This document shows positions 40,348 to 54,142 of a stretch of DNA of 64,000 nt, piece by piece (positions within the stretch are counted from its first letter, which is position 1; the number at the start of each line of letters is the position of its first letter). The notes beneath the pieces were generated by a model that saw nothing but the letters and a program-made list of their open reading frames with translations, was not told the DNA's origin and ran no database searches. Made by a program: the position numbers and the translations under genes. The stretch comes from Raillietiella orientalis (taxonomy: Eukaryota): the NCBI GenBank assembly GCA_036172245.1, contig JAYWIR010000047.1, positions 1,240,001-1,304,000 of the forward strand, read 5' to 3'.

Positions 40348-43300
40348 GAAGTGTTTGAGTATCTTATGAATGCTTATACTCTGAAAACCGGATGAGTTGA
40401 CAAACAAAGAAGATGAATGAGCAATAAAGGGGTTATTTGAAGCATTCATAGGAGCAGAAAGGCTACAATTTCATAACTATTAATTGCAGTGGGCACTTTG
40501 TAGCTGCCAAACTGGGAAACGTGTAATTCGGTCAAGGACAGATGAGGTTTGACTCCATCAGAAATTCCTTGTCCGAGTATTTTCTTTTCTCTAAAGCCAT
40601 TCTCGAATCGAACACATTTATAGGTGTTTTTTTTTTCCTTCCCCTGTGTTTCTTCTACATTGGCACCGTCATCTTTTTCGACTTTAGCATCCGTGATTAA
40701 GCGTGAGATGTGTCAAGATTCGATAAGTTGTAAGCTTCAGAACACTCGAGATGAGCAAAAATTTTATGCAACATGAAGAACACAAGGAAGTATTAGTAGC
40801 TTCGAGGGAAAGTAAGGTAAAGGTAAATCTTGATGATCTAATTCTAGAATTTTGTCTCGGATTGGAAAAAAGGAGGTATTCTTAAAGGTTTAAATCAAAC
40901 ACGTAATCAAACGAAGACTTTAACATAGAAACATCAAAATTGGAATTTCTTTTCTAGAGGCCAGCAAAAATTACTTCTAGTAAGGGAATTTGAAAAGAAA
41001 TTTCAGTCTCCGAGTCTCCAGTTTCGCGGATGTTCAGCGACATCGGAATTAAAAATCACGCCATTGATGGCCAAAAAAAAAAGTACCAAAGTAAAAATAT
41101 CTCAGCTGTGGTCTGGAGAGTCGTGGCTTCGAGAGTGAAATAACGGGGCCAATGCATCTCTGTGAACCAGTGCAATATTCTTTTCCTTCCTGGGAAGATA
41201 TGAAGCTGTAACCGCTTTCTTTGCCCAGGAAACGATGTCAATATAGGTCCTGGCAACTAAAAACGGCATCTCAGGACATACAAACGAATGGGTCATTAAA
41301 ACTCTTGAGAATACAAAAGTACGACACAAGCAATTCACAGGCGCCTGTTTTCTTGATTCTTTGTTCCTTATAGAGCCGATCATGAACTGGGTCCCCGAAA
41401 TGCGATCCTACCGATTGAAAGATTTTTTTTTAAAGAGAAGCGATCAGGAGGATGACTCATCCCCCCCCCCCTTCGATAGTACACTAACGTATTTTTTTTT
41501 TTTTGGTCTGCGAGAATTCTTCGTCTTGCCAGGGACGCCGTACACATCATGGCTTGGAGGAGGCGCAGGCACGTCGCTGAAGTACACAACGACAACGCCT
41601 TGCATGTCAAGCAAAAATAGTTTTCCCACTTGCGAGAGATGAAATGGTTTTGCATGCACGTACCTTTTTTTTTTTTGCTTTCAAGGATCAGTTTCCAATA
41701 AAATAAAGGAACCCGAAAAGGAGAAAAGTTTGTGAAATACCGTTCCACACTGGACAGGGAGTGAATCCCGTTCTTCCGAAGAAAACGAAATAGAAACACC
41801 TGCAGAATGTGAATTGTCTACAGTATGAAAAATACAGCATGGACACAGTGTTTTTAATTCCAAGTGAACTACTCGGGATGCCAGAGGAAACAGGATTCAA
41901 GGAAAGATTCAACTACAGGGCATTCCTCGCTTATCGACAAGTGGTTCCCAAATGAAGAGTTCGGAGGTCTATGTGAAGATTAGAAGAATTCCAGCACAGA
42001 TTCTCGATATGTATTTCTCCAAATCCTTTCAAGGTCTTTAAAAACCTCAAAAATCGGTTAACAAATTCCTGAAAATAAGCATGAGAACGTCCACTTGAAA
42101 GTGCTTCAGTAATAAATGTGTGAAGGATTTCTTCGAAAAGCGTCACCAAAGCGGAGAGGCCCACCTGACAAACCTGTAGGGAGCTTGGCAGAGAGGAAAC
42201 CCTTAAAAGTGTTCCGTGTGCTTACTGAAGCCAAAGTAAACATTTCTTCCCCAATCTAACGCCGACGCTCATTTGCGTGTACATCGAACACTAAAGGAAA
42301 CGATGTTCCGTGGTTTCACACAGAAAGTCGGAGGGAATGGTTTAAAGTGGTTGAGCTCCCGTTGAGGGATTTCGAGCCAGAATGTTGCCCGGACGCAAAG
42401 AGGTCACCAACTTTGCATTGCGATGAGGATCGGAGAACTCGGATAATTTCAAGCAGCCGTTCCAACACAAAAACCTCATTTAGGGAAACAGCAGCTGCTC
42501 GGTTGCCGTGAGCGAGTTCTGTGAAGAAAAATTTGGAGAGGACACAACAAAAAGTCTTCCGCACTGTGGTGTTTGCCGATATGTGCTCTTTATGAGGTAT
42601 TTTCTAAAAAATTGCTAAGGTAAGAATCGGGTACGACAAGTACGGTACATAATCTCTCGTGAAAGATGCACATGCAAATGCTATGCTTGCGTGACGTGAT
42701 CGTGGGCAAAACATTCCAACGAGGACCACACTTTTGTTAGTGTCTGAAGAAGAAACTCTTGAGCCATGAAAAAAAAAAGAAAAAACTTCACTTTTCTAAA
42801 AAAAAAATAATAATAATTATACTAACAATAGCAAGACTTCACCAATGCAGGGAAAACTCCTCGTACGTAGCGAAAGGGAGTAAGACAGTTCGTGAAGGGA
42901 GCGAAGGCGTGATCAGGAAAGGTAGCTAGCCCCAGGGCCGAAAGAAAGAAAATGTCAGCAAGCACAGAAAAATGAAGGCTGAAAACGCTTTTTTGGAAAC
43001 GCTGGACCTAGCGGATTACGAATGGAACAATTCATTCCTTGAATCTCTGACAGAGGAAGGTTACTGTTAGCTGTTTATCAATTTTTCTGGATCTCCAGGT
43101 AACCAAAAGATTCCAAGTTGAGATCATGACATCTTAGAAAACATGTAGAGAAGCATAGTCCTTCTTTGGTTGTTCGTGTTACCGGAATGCTGTGTGGGAT
43201 TCGGGTGACATGTCGAGAAAATGATGTTGCGGGCATGCAGATGATCACAAATAGGAAGGCACTCACGCCCAGAATGTGGTCAAAGTCCAGAAACAAAGAA

Positions 43301-45289
43301 CTGAGAAGGGGATGACCTATGAAACTGAACGAAGTTATGGAGTCTACTCAAAATAGCTGCTGGAGATCGGCAGCCATGCTGTTCTGGATGAGAGTCGGTG
43401 GATGCACAATAAGAATGAGTTCGCATGACCAAGGCAACTCCGAGGAATTTCTTCTATGGGAAATGGCTTCGAGCGACCGCATCATTCCTTAGCTTCAGAT
43501 GTGAAAAACGCATATGCAGGTCCAAAAACGCATGTCCTGAAGAACGGGAAAAGGATAGCAGCAGCATTATGAAACCCAGTGGAATATTGAGTCTGAATTT
43601 TCTTGTGGAGGTATGTCTTGCCCAAGTATGCGTTGGAGACTTCCAGTACAGGTACATCCATCCTAAAAAGTGTTATTGGACTTTCTCAGTTTGAGCTAAG
43701 AAGTGTTCAGCACTACCCTTTCTGAGGCTTTGGACAGCGTGAGGGAGTTTTTCACTCTCCGATGTTTTTAGGTAGGGTCACCTGCCCTAACGCTGCACCG
43801 TGGCGATGGCCAGAAGTATGACCTCCTTGGGGGGGGGGGGGTAAGCCTTGCTCCAGGCGTGCCGATGCGACTGCTGCCGCGAACGTGGCATGGGAGACAG
43901 AAGCCCTGAGGAAGAAACAAATACCTGCCAGGGGCCATGTAAAGCTACGGAGTGTTGGAGTTGGGTGCCGGAGGGCTGCAGCTAGCTTTCCGTATCCAGA
44001 CAGAAAGACACCACATTCCATCAAGAGGTACGGGATGGGGTTCTTTTCCCACTCCACCTCACGCAGTCCGAGGGAACACTCCTGCGGGAAACCCCGATGC
44101 AAAAAGAGCGCCGTCGTGTGCTCGAGCGGAAGAGAAAGCACAGAGCTGTCCACACAGACATTTGGGAACCTCGATTTCATCTGCAATAGTTCCCCAACCA
44201 TTGCACTATCCCGCGAACTTGTGCACTTTGTGTGGCTCCAGAAATGCCGGTTCTGGTTGCAACGGAAAATCTAGTGCACGCTCAGCAAAGCCGTGTGCTC
44301 CTAACTGAAATGCGGCCGTCCAAACAGAAGTAAGAGTGAAGAGTTCCGTGAGTGCAACGTTTAGAAGATTCCCCTTACTTCCTCATCATCCAGCGGAGCA
44401 GTCCTTCCATGAGTGCAACGACTGCTGTGGCCTCAGCTGGCTGGTATGTCGACAAGCCTCGGGGCTGCTCCATCCGTTCCCAAAGGAGCATCATTTTCCC
44501 TAGTCCCACCAGCGGTGAAACAAGGGAGTTTATTGGAATTAGAAGTTAACAGGTGCAAAGAAAAACAATCAATGCCAGGACATTTTCTCTCCAGGGCACC
44601 ACCCGCGAGCGCCCGTCCCAACGTCCCCCCTCTTCGCTGGATGTTCACAGTTCACACCGAGGCTTTCGGGTTCCTGTCATCCGGGATAGGTCCCTGCTAC
44701 AATCGCGCATCTCAATTTTCCACCTTTAACATCCCTGTGGAGATATCCTCAACTGCAATTGATTTCCTCCTGTTTCAGCTTCCATCTTCTTCTCAGGATG
44801 ATCGTGATGGAAGCAGCGATGGCGGTGCTTCCTACTGGGTTACATAAAAAAAAAGCAATTCCTCTCATTTCGAAGAGTTCTCCAAGAATTCCTGATGTGA
44901 CAGTCGTGTCCTGCACTCCCGTCAGCTGCCTCCGATCTCATGGAAATCCCTGGTCCGAGATCTCCAAGAGAACGCAAGCGTTCCCTCCTCCCAGCATGTC
45001 TTGCTTCGCTAGTCCCGAGATTCCACATATTCGGCGTTCCAGTCGTGTGCCTCCAGACACCACTCTGTGACCTTCAGGATGACCCCGTGATTCCACATCG
45101 TCGGGTGGCTGCAGGTCGGACTTGAGACAGTTGCCGGGCTCCCTGCCGTTTGCGCAGCCTGCCCTGCACTATCTAGTGCAGCCCGAGGAAAATGTGGTGA
45201 TATTTTAGATGAAAATTTGCAAGGGGAATCTGCAGCACCAAGTAGCAGGTGCAGCACCCGCAAGCATATGGAGCGAAAATGCGCTGGAG

Positions 45290-45975
45290 ACCCGCGTCGG
45301 AGGCCATGTAGCTGCTGAAGTCTCCTCGCGTAGCACCAAGCGTCGCGGGTTCGAATACTCAGAAAGAATCGACGCCGAGAGATGGAGAGGTGCGTCGTGG
45401 GTTCGAGTTCCTCCTGCGAGATGACGCTGGTTGGCCTACATTCATTGGTAGCGGTTCAAACCAGATATCCCCGATGAGTGGCCGGGACAAAAGGAGTCGA
45501 CCTCCGGGTTCTTCCAGGAAACAGAATCAACGACTCCCTTTGGGGTTCCCCTCCGGTTCTGCAAAGGAGCGGACCCCCTCCGCTTCGAAAAAAACTCTCC
45601 ATCTCGTACCATGGAGCCGATGGATTGATGATGCCTCTCCATAGGGTGCAGAGAAGCGCTCCGCTCCCTTCGGGGAGCGTCCTTCTGAGAAAATTCGGAA
45701 GCGTCCTTTCGGGGTTCTCTGCAGAGGAGTAAGTAGGAGCGAATCCTTTCCGGATCCCCTTCGGAGAAGAACAAATGCAGTGGACCCCTCCGGGAGTCCC
45801 TCCGGAGAGAATGAGGAAAGAGATTCCCTTTGGGGTTCCCTCCGGAGACAACCAGGGTGGAGGTGTTCCGTTCGGAGATCCCTCCTCAGGCGTGCGGGGA
45901 ACGGACTCGCTTCTCCGGAGCCCCTCCTGGATTCGTAGGGGTATCCCCTATCTTGAAGAATTACACGCACCCTTG
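45290..45975 (+). mobile_element. ~700 bp dispersed repeat (putative tRNA-derived SINE), CpG-rich copy
   Basis: Homologous to 31630-32345. The head GGCCATGTAGC... carries two B-box-like motifs, GGGTTCGAATAC (~45347-45358) and GGGTTCGAGTTCC (~45399-45411). The body has internal CCCTCCGGAG-like subrepeats. Confidence 0.8.
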
Positions 45976-48900
45976 GGTGGTGCGCTGAGTGTTAAAAAGC
46001 TGCATGAGCCGCCAGGCGCACGACGGTTCTTGAGATGCTCAGTGAACCAAAAAAAAAGCTGAAACGAAAACTGCGGAGACAGAGAGGAACCCAAAAGGAT
46101 TTTATCGTTCTTACGACGAAATTTAAGCCCTGCGGCCATTACTCCTGAGCTCTGCAATGTGATGGGTGCAGGTCGCAACAGAATGCTCAATCGAGCCATG
46201 ATGATGCAACAGATGAGCATGAGGATGTTCCAGCTCTCGTTGATTCGCTGCCGCTCTGTGTTGACTCCTTTCCCGCGTCGGGTCTTGCGGTCGAGTCTCT
46301 TCGCGTCAGGCCCCACTCGTTCCCGTGTTCCTTTCGGAGTTACCTGGCCCTTGTGCTGCCACCGTCCCTTGAATTCTTCGAGCCTATTGGAACAGTCGCA
46401 TCTTGCCATGGTTGCCACGGGCTGCAAGCTATCCGCATGATCCAATCTCCCAACTCGGTGCTTTCAGTGAACCCACTGTTTCGTTGGTCATAGAAAGGGA
46501 GAGGTAATGCTAATCGAGAAGACCTAGTTCACCCTAAATGCTCCTTTTCTTCGGAGAAATACTTACTTCCAGATGATGATCACCACCTCTTGCCCTCTGG
46601 GCCTCGTGGGAACGGCGTCATCCATCGGACCTGTCCGATACACCAGGATCTACATCCTGTTCCTCGAGCTGATGACCACTTCACTGTAGGTCATGCGAGA
46701 AGAGTGAGGTCTCTCGTCCTCACACTGAGTGATTTGCAGGAGCTTAAAAAGAAGTTGGATCGCACATCTTAACACCACCTTCCTTCCCCTGGGCGACCGG
46801 AGTGTTAGAGTTTTACTCCTGGACTCCTGCTCTTTTCGACTCTGCTCTCTCCTCGTCGCAGGAAATGGATGCCATGTAAACCTTTGGCTCTCTCAGCATC
46901 ATCCATTTGCTGAGGTTGGTGCGCAACCAGAGGCTGGGAGTGCTCAGAAGAAGCGGATTGCTTAACACGTCAAGAGGTGTCCAGGCTTGCCTACCAGGGC
47001 GGCGAACAGGTTACTGTTCCCTGGCCGGGCGAGAGCACGCTTTGGTTACCCCTCCCCTCCCCTCCCCCAGTTTACCAGGCGCCGCTGGCAACCACGCGAT
47101 CGATAGCTGTGGCGAGCTCCGGACGGGAAAAGCAGGGAGAGGCCACCTTCGTGAGACGCCACGGCCGGCACGTAGGGGCAGGAGTCCCGCAAGATGGCCA
47201 GAGTCATACGCGTTCAGCACCAACTTAAACGTTGATACTAAGGGAACCGGAAATCTGGTAAGGAGGAAAGTGCACTCCTGGCAGGGTCAGCGGTTCCAGC
47301 CTCTCCCAAGCCCTCAGTTGATTTTGTCTGAAAAAGCTCACTCGTGACGTGGCCACTCGACAAGAAGGGGTTGAGCGAAGATGTGACCGTAATGGCTGCT
47401 TTCAGAAGCACGGAACACGTCGCACACACGAAGACGGAACGCTGTGCCTTGGTCTTGATGTGCAGAAGATCAGGAAGATTGTTACTGTGCCGACCCGCGG
47501 TCCAAGGGAGATGATGATGGAGGATGATCGGCTCAGACTTCGAAGCTCTGAATGTGACAATCACTGCGGACGAGACCGCATTTCTGTATTTTACGTTGAC
47601 TGATTGCATCGAAACCCTGACGCCGGTTTTCAAATGGAAGAATGACGTCTACACTTGAGATCAGTGTGTCAGTCCTCATTGCAGTGCTGATGTTTTGAGC
47701 CATCAGTACATACTGTGGACCAAGTGGTTCAAGACGGCATGACTTCTCGTGATACTTCAGCTGAAATGTCAAAGGCAATGTCAGAAGTGCATGGCGCATA
47801 TTGCCTTTCGGGTATGGGCGGTGCTGTCCATGGAAGACTGAAAGCTTTCCTGAATTTCATGCCTGTTGTTTGTGTTTTTTTTTGTTGCCTAGTAACCAAA
47901 ATACGTCGAAACTCGAATCTCGAGATTTTGAATAAAATCAGGATGTTCACAAACTTTTCGAGTTTTGTTTAGGAAGTTTTTCAAATCAAAGGTTTCAAGT
48001 TTGGGAGTTTGGCTTCAAATTCTCTTTCTATTCAAACAAACCTAACTCTAAACAAATGTATCAGACTCCATGCAATGCATTTCTTTTTAATTGCAAATGC
48101 ATTTGTTTTTTGGAATCTCTGGATCGTAAAATGTAAACAAAATTGATTGACATACGAATGGTTCAGCCTAGGCGTACCATAATAAAGAGGGGGAATGTGG
48201 GAACCAGGTTTCCTTGCATGGAGACGTTATTCTGTTAGTGCAACAACAACGTCCACCGCGGGTATGAGCTCTGTTGCCCTGGAAATCCACAGGAGATGAA
48301 TCTGGACATATTCAAGAGAAATGGTCGGGGAAACACTGAGAAAGAACGATGGGGCTCCCAGTGGACTATCCTTCAAGCTTGCACGAAGCATAGGTTCAGA
48401 CAAAGCTTCCAAAATGAAAAAGAATGCACTGAAAGACATTTCGCCAGAGATCGATCTTCGGTTACTGAGGCAGAACTATATGGAAAATAGATATGTCCGT
48501 ACGCACGAATGAGAATATATTTCGAAAGAGACTGCAGCGATGTAGGACCGAAACATCAGAATCACAGAAGTCTCTGTGATTTCAGCTTTTCACTTGAGAT
48601 CAGCATCGAGGTTGCATGACACCTGCCCTACGGTCCAGACCAGGATTATGCATGATATATATGTATTTGCTGAAATAAAGAATCGATTTAATTAAAGATC
48701 CAATTTAATTAAACGTTATGAAAAAAAGTCTCGCAATTTTTTTCCCCTACAAAGTGCTTGTACCTCACTTTTGCAGTTAGGAGTACGCGATGCTCTTACA
48801 GGCGGATATACTGAACAAACTGCTAACTTAGATAAACAAAGTGTATTTTCATCAGAGGAGGACGATCTTTTCCATGACTTATCTATAGATCGTATCTTTC

Positions 48901-50796
48901 TTCATGAGCAATGCAATTTGATCTCCTTATTTTGAGTCGGTTAAAACAAGGAATCTCACATTCAGGAGTGATATTTAGGTATAACCGATTCTCAAAATGC
49001 TTCAATAACTGGTTCTCAAAATGCTGAAATATGAGTTATATTTCCTTTCCTAAGAGAAAAATAAAAATCAAAGATATGATAGTGCGATAAGTGGAATCAG
49101 TTTCAAGAATGGACAGCAATGGGCTCCGAAGGCGATTAAATAAAAAAAAACGAAATTTAATCAAAACTCGCACCTAGCAAAATAAAAAAAAAAACTTATT
49201 TTGTCTCCTCAGAAAACCCAAGTAAACTGAATGTCAACGGGATTACAGAATAAGTATGGACAGGAGAAAGCTAATTTTCTCCTCCTAAAAATGAGAATGC
49301 AAAGAAATACGAAATATTCTAAGAATCTTCGAAAAATGATAATCATTGATATTCTCCATTAGTTCAGCGAAAAGTTACCATACCGCCATAAGTACCATAG
49401 TAATCAAATACAAAGAACTGGATTAAACTGGATAATTCTGGATTTTGTTGATTTCTTCGCAGTAACACTGCAAATTTCAAGTTGAATTTCAACGGATCAC
49501 ACGGTACTTTGCGGTTTCAAAACATTCCCAGCATGTTCCAGAAGAACATATGCATACCAAACACTCTCAGGCTATGTGAAATGGGATTGATTCTTTGAAT
49601 GAATTGTTAAGTACTTGCATTTCAGTGATTTATGGAGGGGTTTCAACGCCGCAAGACAGTCACCAGTCTGCAGTCTTCAATTCCAAAATGTATTTTCCAC
49701 ACATGCCTTTTTGTGTGTGTGCGATGTTTTACGAATGGTCGAATGACTTTAATGTTCATGGCACAGAAAAGTCCTAGGAGATTGCTGTAACGAAAATTTA
49801 CTGTGCACTTTTACTTCCGTGTGCGATAATAGAGTCCCAAATTATAGAAACAGTTTTTCCGTATCGTGGTGAAATATGTGCTCCAGCCAAGCAATCATAA
49901 GTAGAATGTTCATTAATGAAATGAATTCATTGTTCTGTTATAGACTTCATTTGGTTCCTTCTTTTGAAGAGGTCCGATTTCACTTTTCACAGTCTGTTTT
50001 GCAACTGAAGGAGAACGTTTCCACTTGTTTGCCCGGCTACAGTCATGTTTCCTCTTGTATTGCTGAAGCACCTTGGCATATTTGCTTTAGAAATTCGATG
50101 TGCATCATCGCATATGCCCCATACTTCAGCATTCTATGGTGAATTTAATGTGATGATTTCACGTGACGATTAAAATGTGATGGATGCGAGTCATCCGATC
50201 GACAGCCTTTGGTCTTTACAAACATACGTCTATACCAGAAAATTACGTTTATTTCAGAAATAAAGTTGAAAAGAGGTTTAATGCTCCCATTCTTTTATCA
50301 TTCATAAATATTTTTGTGTAACTTCTAAATTCCAAGACATGCTATTCGAAAGCACATCCTATACTTGCTGACATGATTTTGTAATTAAGGCTCATGTCAG
50401 GAGTTTTAGCTACGTTTCATCGAAGGATTGTCATCGAATTGCATGTGTTCATCCTTTGATTATACTTCATAATTATACTTCTGCAGTGACGTGATCAAAA
50501 CTTCTCTTCAAAGCAAAAAAGGAGACTGTTGCTACCAATTGGCTTCTTCATCACGAAAGTGAAGCTTGTACCTTTATTTTAGAAAGCCTCAAAGGCAACT
50601 TCCTCCAAACATTCAATTCGGATGGACCTCAGACACTTAAGCTAGGGGTTTTAATTTAGCATGAAAGAAATAAAAATTACTTTAAATTATTTATCGAGGG
50701 ATTTTGACAATTTACGGAACGCTGTTATTGTTTTTTGTGCTATCATGACGAATGTGGATGCATCCGCGTTGAACACGTGATTCAAATGAGAGTGCG

Positions 50797-53700
50797 ATGG
50801 ATACATCCGATATTCAAGTTAAAGTGAAGAAAAAGAAGAAAAAGGACATTTCCAAAGATATAATATCAGGTGAAGTTGAGAGTCAGACTTCTGTACTAGG
50901 CTACATACAGAAAGAAGGAACTTTTTCGATACAACCAGCTGAGAAAACTGTGAAACTCGATGCATCACAATGGCCCTTGTTACTGAAAGTAAGATATTTG
51001 TGTCCTGAAACTTTTCATCCGCCTACATCGCTAGTAAAATGCTGATGCGATATATGAAGTTTTTCTGTTGATCCATTTTAAACTTTTTTAAACCGAAGAA
51101 GGCAGCAATAAACTTTGCGAATTGAGAAAACGTTTCGGGCAAAGAATATGTTTACTTAATAGCTATAAGAGAGTTAACATTAAGCATCTTGAAATTTAAA
51201 ATGTTTGCGAGGAATTGAACGTTCTTAATGACAGGTATATCGCTGAATATGGGCTAACTTTGAAACGATTATCCGCTAACGTGAAATTTGGCTCTTGGAT
51301 TTAGCTAGGGTTTCGAACTGTTGTCATAATAACAAAAGTACGGTGTTGATATGGCATAAATCTTGAGAATTTTCCTGTTTGAAGTCCACTTGGACAGGAA
51401 AATTCAATTATAGTCAATCCATCAGACCTTAAGTAGAAATAGCAAAGTCATTAAATCTAGATAACAGACATTTGGCAAGAGCATCTGTACCTTAGTGTAC
51501 AGTTGAAACTTGGGACGATCATTTATGGATAGGATTAATTACCCCAACTTAGGTGTCTCCCAGTTGTCTTTCATTTTGTACATTTTATTATTTACCCTTT
51601 CTGTGCTAATGTAATGTTAAAGAGTGTGCTTCTCTGTAAAAGTCAGGTAAACTCATATGAACTAGTAAGTGTTCGTTGCAAAACAAAAATGCATATTTTC
51701 AGTGTTCTAATAGATTTCAACGAAATCTACTTTCAGAATTTTGATCGCCTTAATGTGAGAACTTATCATTACACACCATTACCCAATGGATGTTCACCAC
51801 TTAAACGACCTATAAGAGAATATGTACGTAGTGGCTACATAAACCTTGATAAACCAGCCAATCCTTCATCACATGAAGTAGTAGCATGGGTGAAGAGAAT
51901 ACTAAGAGTGGAGAAGACTGGCCACTCAGGAACCTTGGATCCTAAAGTGACAGGTATACCTCTAATTGTACAAAGAGCTGCAATTCCTGCGTTTATCTTG
52001 TGTGTAAAGGAATTGCATTTGTTTCCTTTTCTCCCTCTCAGTGTACTAGTTTAACTTGTACTCATTTGGTCAGAGTTGATTTTCCTTTGTGAAACTTGTG
52101 CCTCAGCAAGGAATCTTACTTTGTAAGTGTTTTGTTTTTGGGAAGAAAAAGAATCTAGGCTTCTTGTGAAATTTATATATTTTGCTGGGGAGCAGCTTTG
52201 CTAGAATAAACAAGGGTCGATTTTTACTGTAATTTTGTAAATCCTGCTTTTTCGAAAATTTCTTACCAGTTGCTGTTTAGCTAGAGTATTTGTTGTGGCA
52301 TGAATTTGTGTTTTTTGTATCCCCGAAAAATGTTCTATAGAGTAGAGGGCTGATTTATTTGTAGTGATTTTCTAATTGTAGGATGATGCTATTGTGTTTT
52401 ATGAATTTTCTAATATCTTAAGAAAGACACCATTTCTGGCGTATTTCCTGTCCAAAACCATTTTTTTCCCCATTTGTAGCTATGTTCTTTAGCTTTGCAT
52501 TATAGTAAGTTGGCATTCTTATAGCGAAAAAAACTGAATTATTATAATTGAATGGTTGCACTGGTTTGAATGGGTGCATTTGTACCATTAAAGAAAAGGT
52601 AATTGCAAATATGTAATTATTCCTTATGGTTGGTAAAAATTTGTTTTAGGGGTACTCATTGTGTGCATAGAAAGAGCGACTCGCCTTGTAAAATCTCAGC
52701 AGAGTGCTGGCAAGGAGTATGTGTGTATCTTTAGACTTCATTCTGCTGTTGAGAGCACTCAAAAGGTTAGTGTTTTGAATTGTAACTCATTTCTTGATTT
52801 TGCTGCTACAGGTGGCACAAGCATTGGAAATGCTGAAAGGAGCTTTATTTCAAAGACCTCCTTTAATTTCAGCTGTAAAAAGGCAGTTGAGAGTACGTAC
52901 AATATATGAGAGCAAGTTGCTAGAATATCATCCTGATAGAAACATGGGTAAAAAAATTAAGCAAAGAATAATCATCATGTTCGTGTGTTTTAAGGAATAT
53001 ACTGGGTTTCATGTGAAGCAGGAACATATGTGCGCACTTTGTGTGTCCATCTTGGTTTGCTTCTAGGAGTAGGAGGACAAATGCAAGAATTGCGAAGAGT
53101 TCGTACTGGTCTGATAGTGTGTTGTTATTATCTTGGATTATTATTTTGGTTAGGTATCAATTCAGAAATGGATAATCTGGTTACCATGCATGATTTATTG
53201 GATGCTCAGTGGGTGCTTGATAATCAAAGAGATGAAAGCTATTTACGGCGGTGTATTTCACCATTGGAAGGCCTGTTAACATCTCATAAACGAATCATAA
53301 TGAAGGATTCAGCAGTTAGCATAATTAACCATGCTGAATGACACATTCTTATAAAGACCCTTTGCAGGTTAATGCTATTTGCTATGGTGCTAAAGTCATG
53401 CTGCCAGGTATTTTAAGGTATGAAGATGGCATTGAACTTAATGAATTGATTGTTATTGTTACCACCAAAGGAGAAGCTATAGCTCTAGGCATGTCTATAA
53501 AATAATCATTTATTGTGTTAATGGTGTTTTTTCCTTTTTTTTTTTTTGACAGCTATTGCACTCATGACAACAGCTACAATTGCTAGCTGTGATCATGGCA
53601 TTGTGGCTAAGCTTAAAAGAGTGATTATGGAAAGAGATACATATCCTAGAAAATGGGGATTGGGACCAAAAGTGAGTTCTATGAATTTATTCTAGTATCA

Positions 53701-54134
53701 CTTTTGGTGTAGGCAACTTTGAAAAAACGTATGATCAAAGAAGGACTCTTAGATAAATATGGCCGAAGCAATGAGAAAACACCTGTGGAATGGATGCAGA
53801 GTTATCCAGAATACAGGTTAGTCATTATGTGTCTGATGCTGAACTAATTTATATTTCAGCATTGTTAAGGAGGAACCCTTGGACAAGGTGAGCCCTTATT
53901 ACTTTAGGCATTTGTTATTATCATCATCTTCAGATTCAAGAGACTCCAGCTACAGATCTGGCCACATCATTTTCACAGATAAAAAAAGAGAAAACAAGTC
54001 GAGTGGCAGGAGATGTGGATTATTTGGTATGTTATGAATTGAATCAGTGTAGCTTCATTGGGTACATGTAGGACAAGATTGCTGTAAAGAAGAAGAAGAA
54101 GAAAATGCATAAACATGCAGAAACTCTTGAATAG
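50797..54134 (+). CDS. DKC1: dyskerin / Cbf5, H/ACA RNP pseudouridine synthase (multi-exon)
   Basis: [102 protein letters not shown] domain, [15 protein letters not shown]. Lysine-rich termini; the last exon is [20 protein letters not shown]. Confidence 0.97.
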
Positions 54135-54142
54135 TCATGTTT

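Noticed and set aside
47716..47816. tRNA-like start GTGGACCAAGTGGTTCAAGACG with nearby stems
   Set aside because: No T-arm/B-box or acceptor stem; a cloverleaf cannot be built.
40700..48500. Scattered ORFs and splice-like signals between the ZNF gene and DKC1
   Set aside because: Candidate exons contain stops in all frames, and no RT, integrase or transposase motifs were seen.
51532..51554. GGATTAATTACCCCAACTTAGGT resembles nematode SL1 leader plus donor
   Set aside because: Several mismatches, weak stem-loop I and no convincing Sm-site spacing; likely chance.
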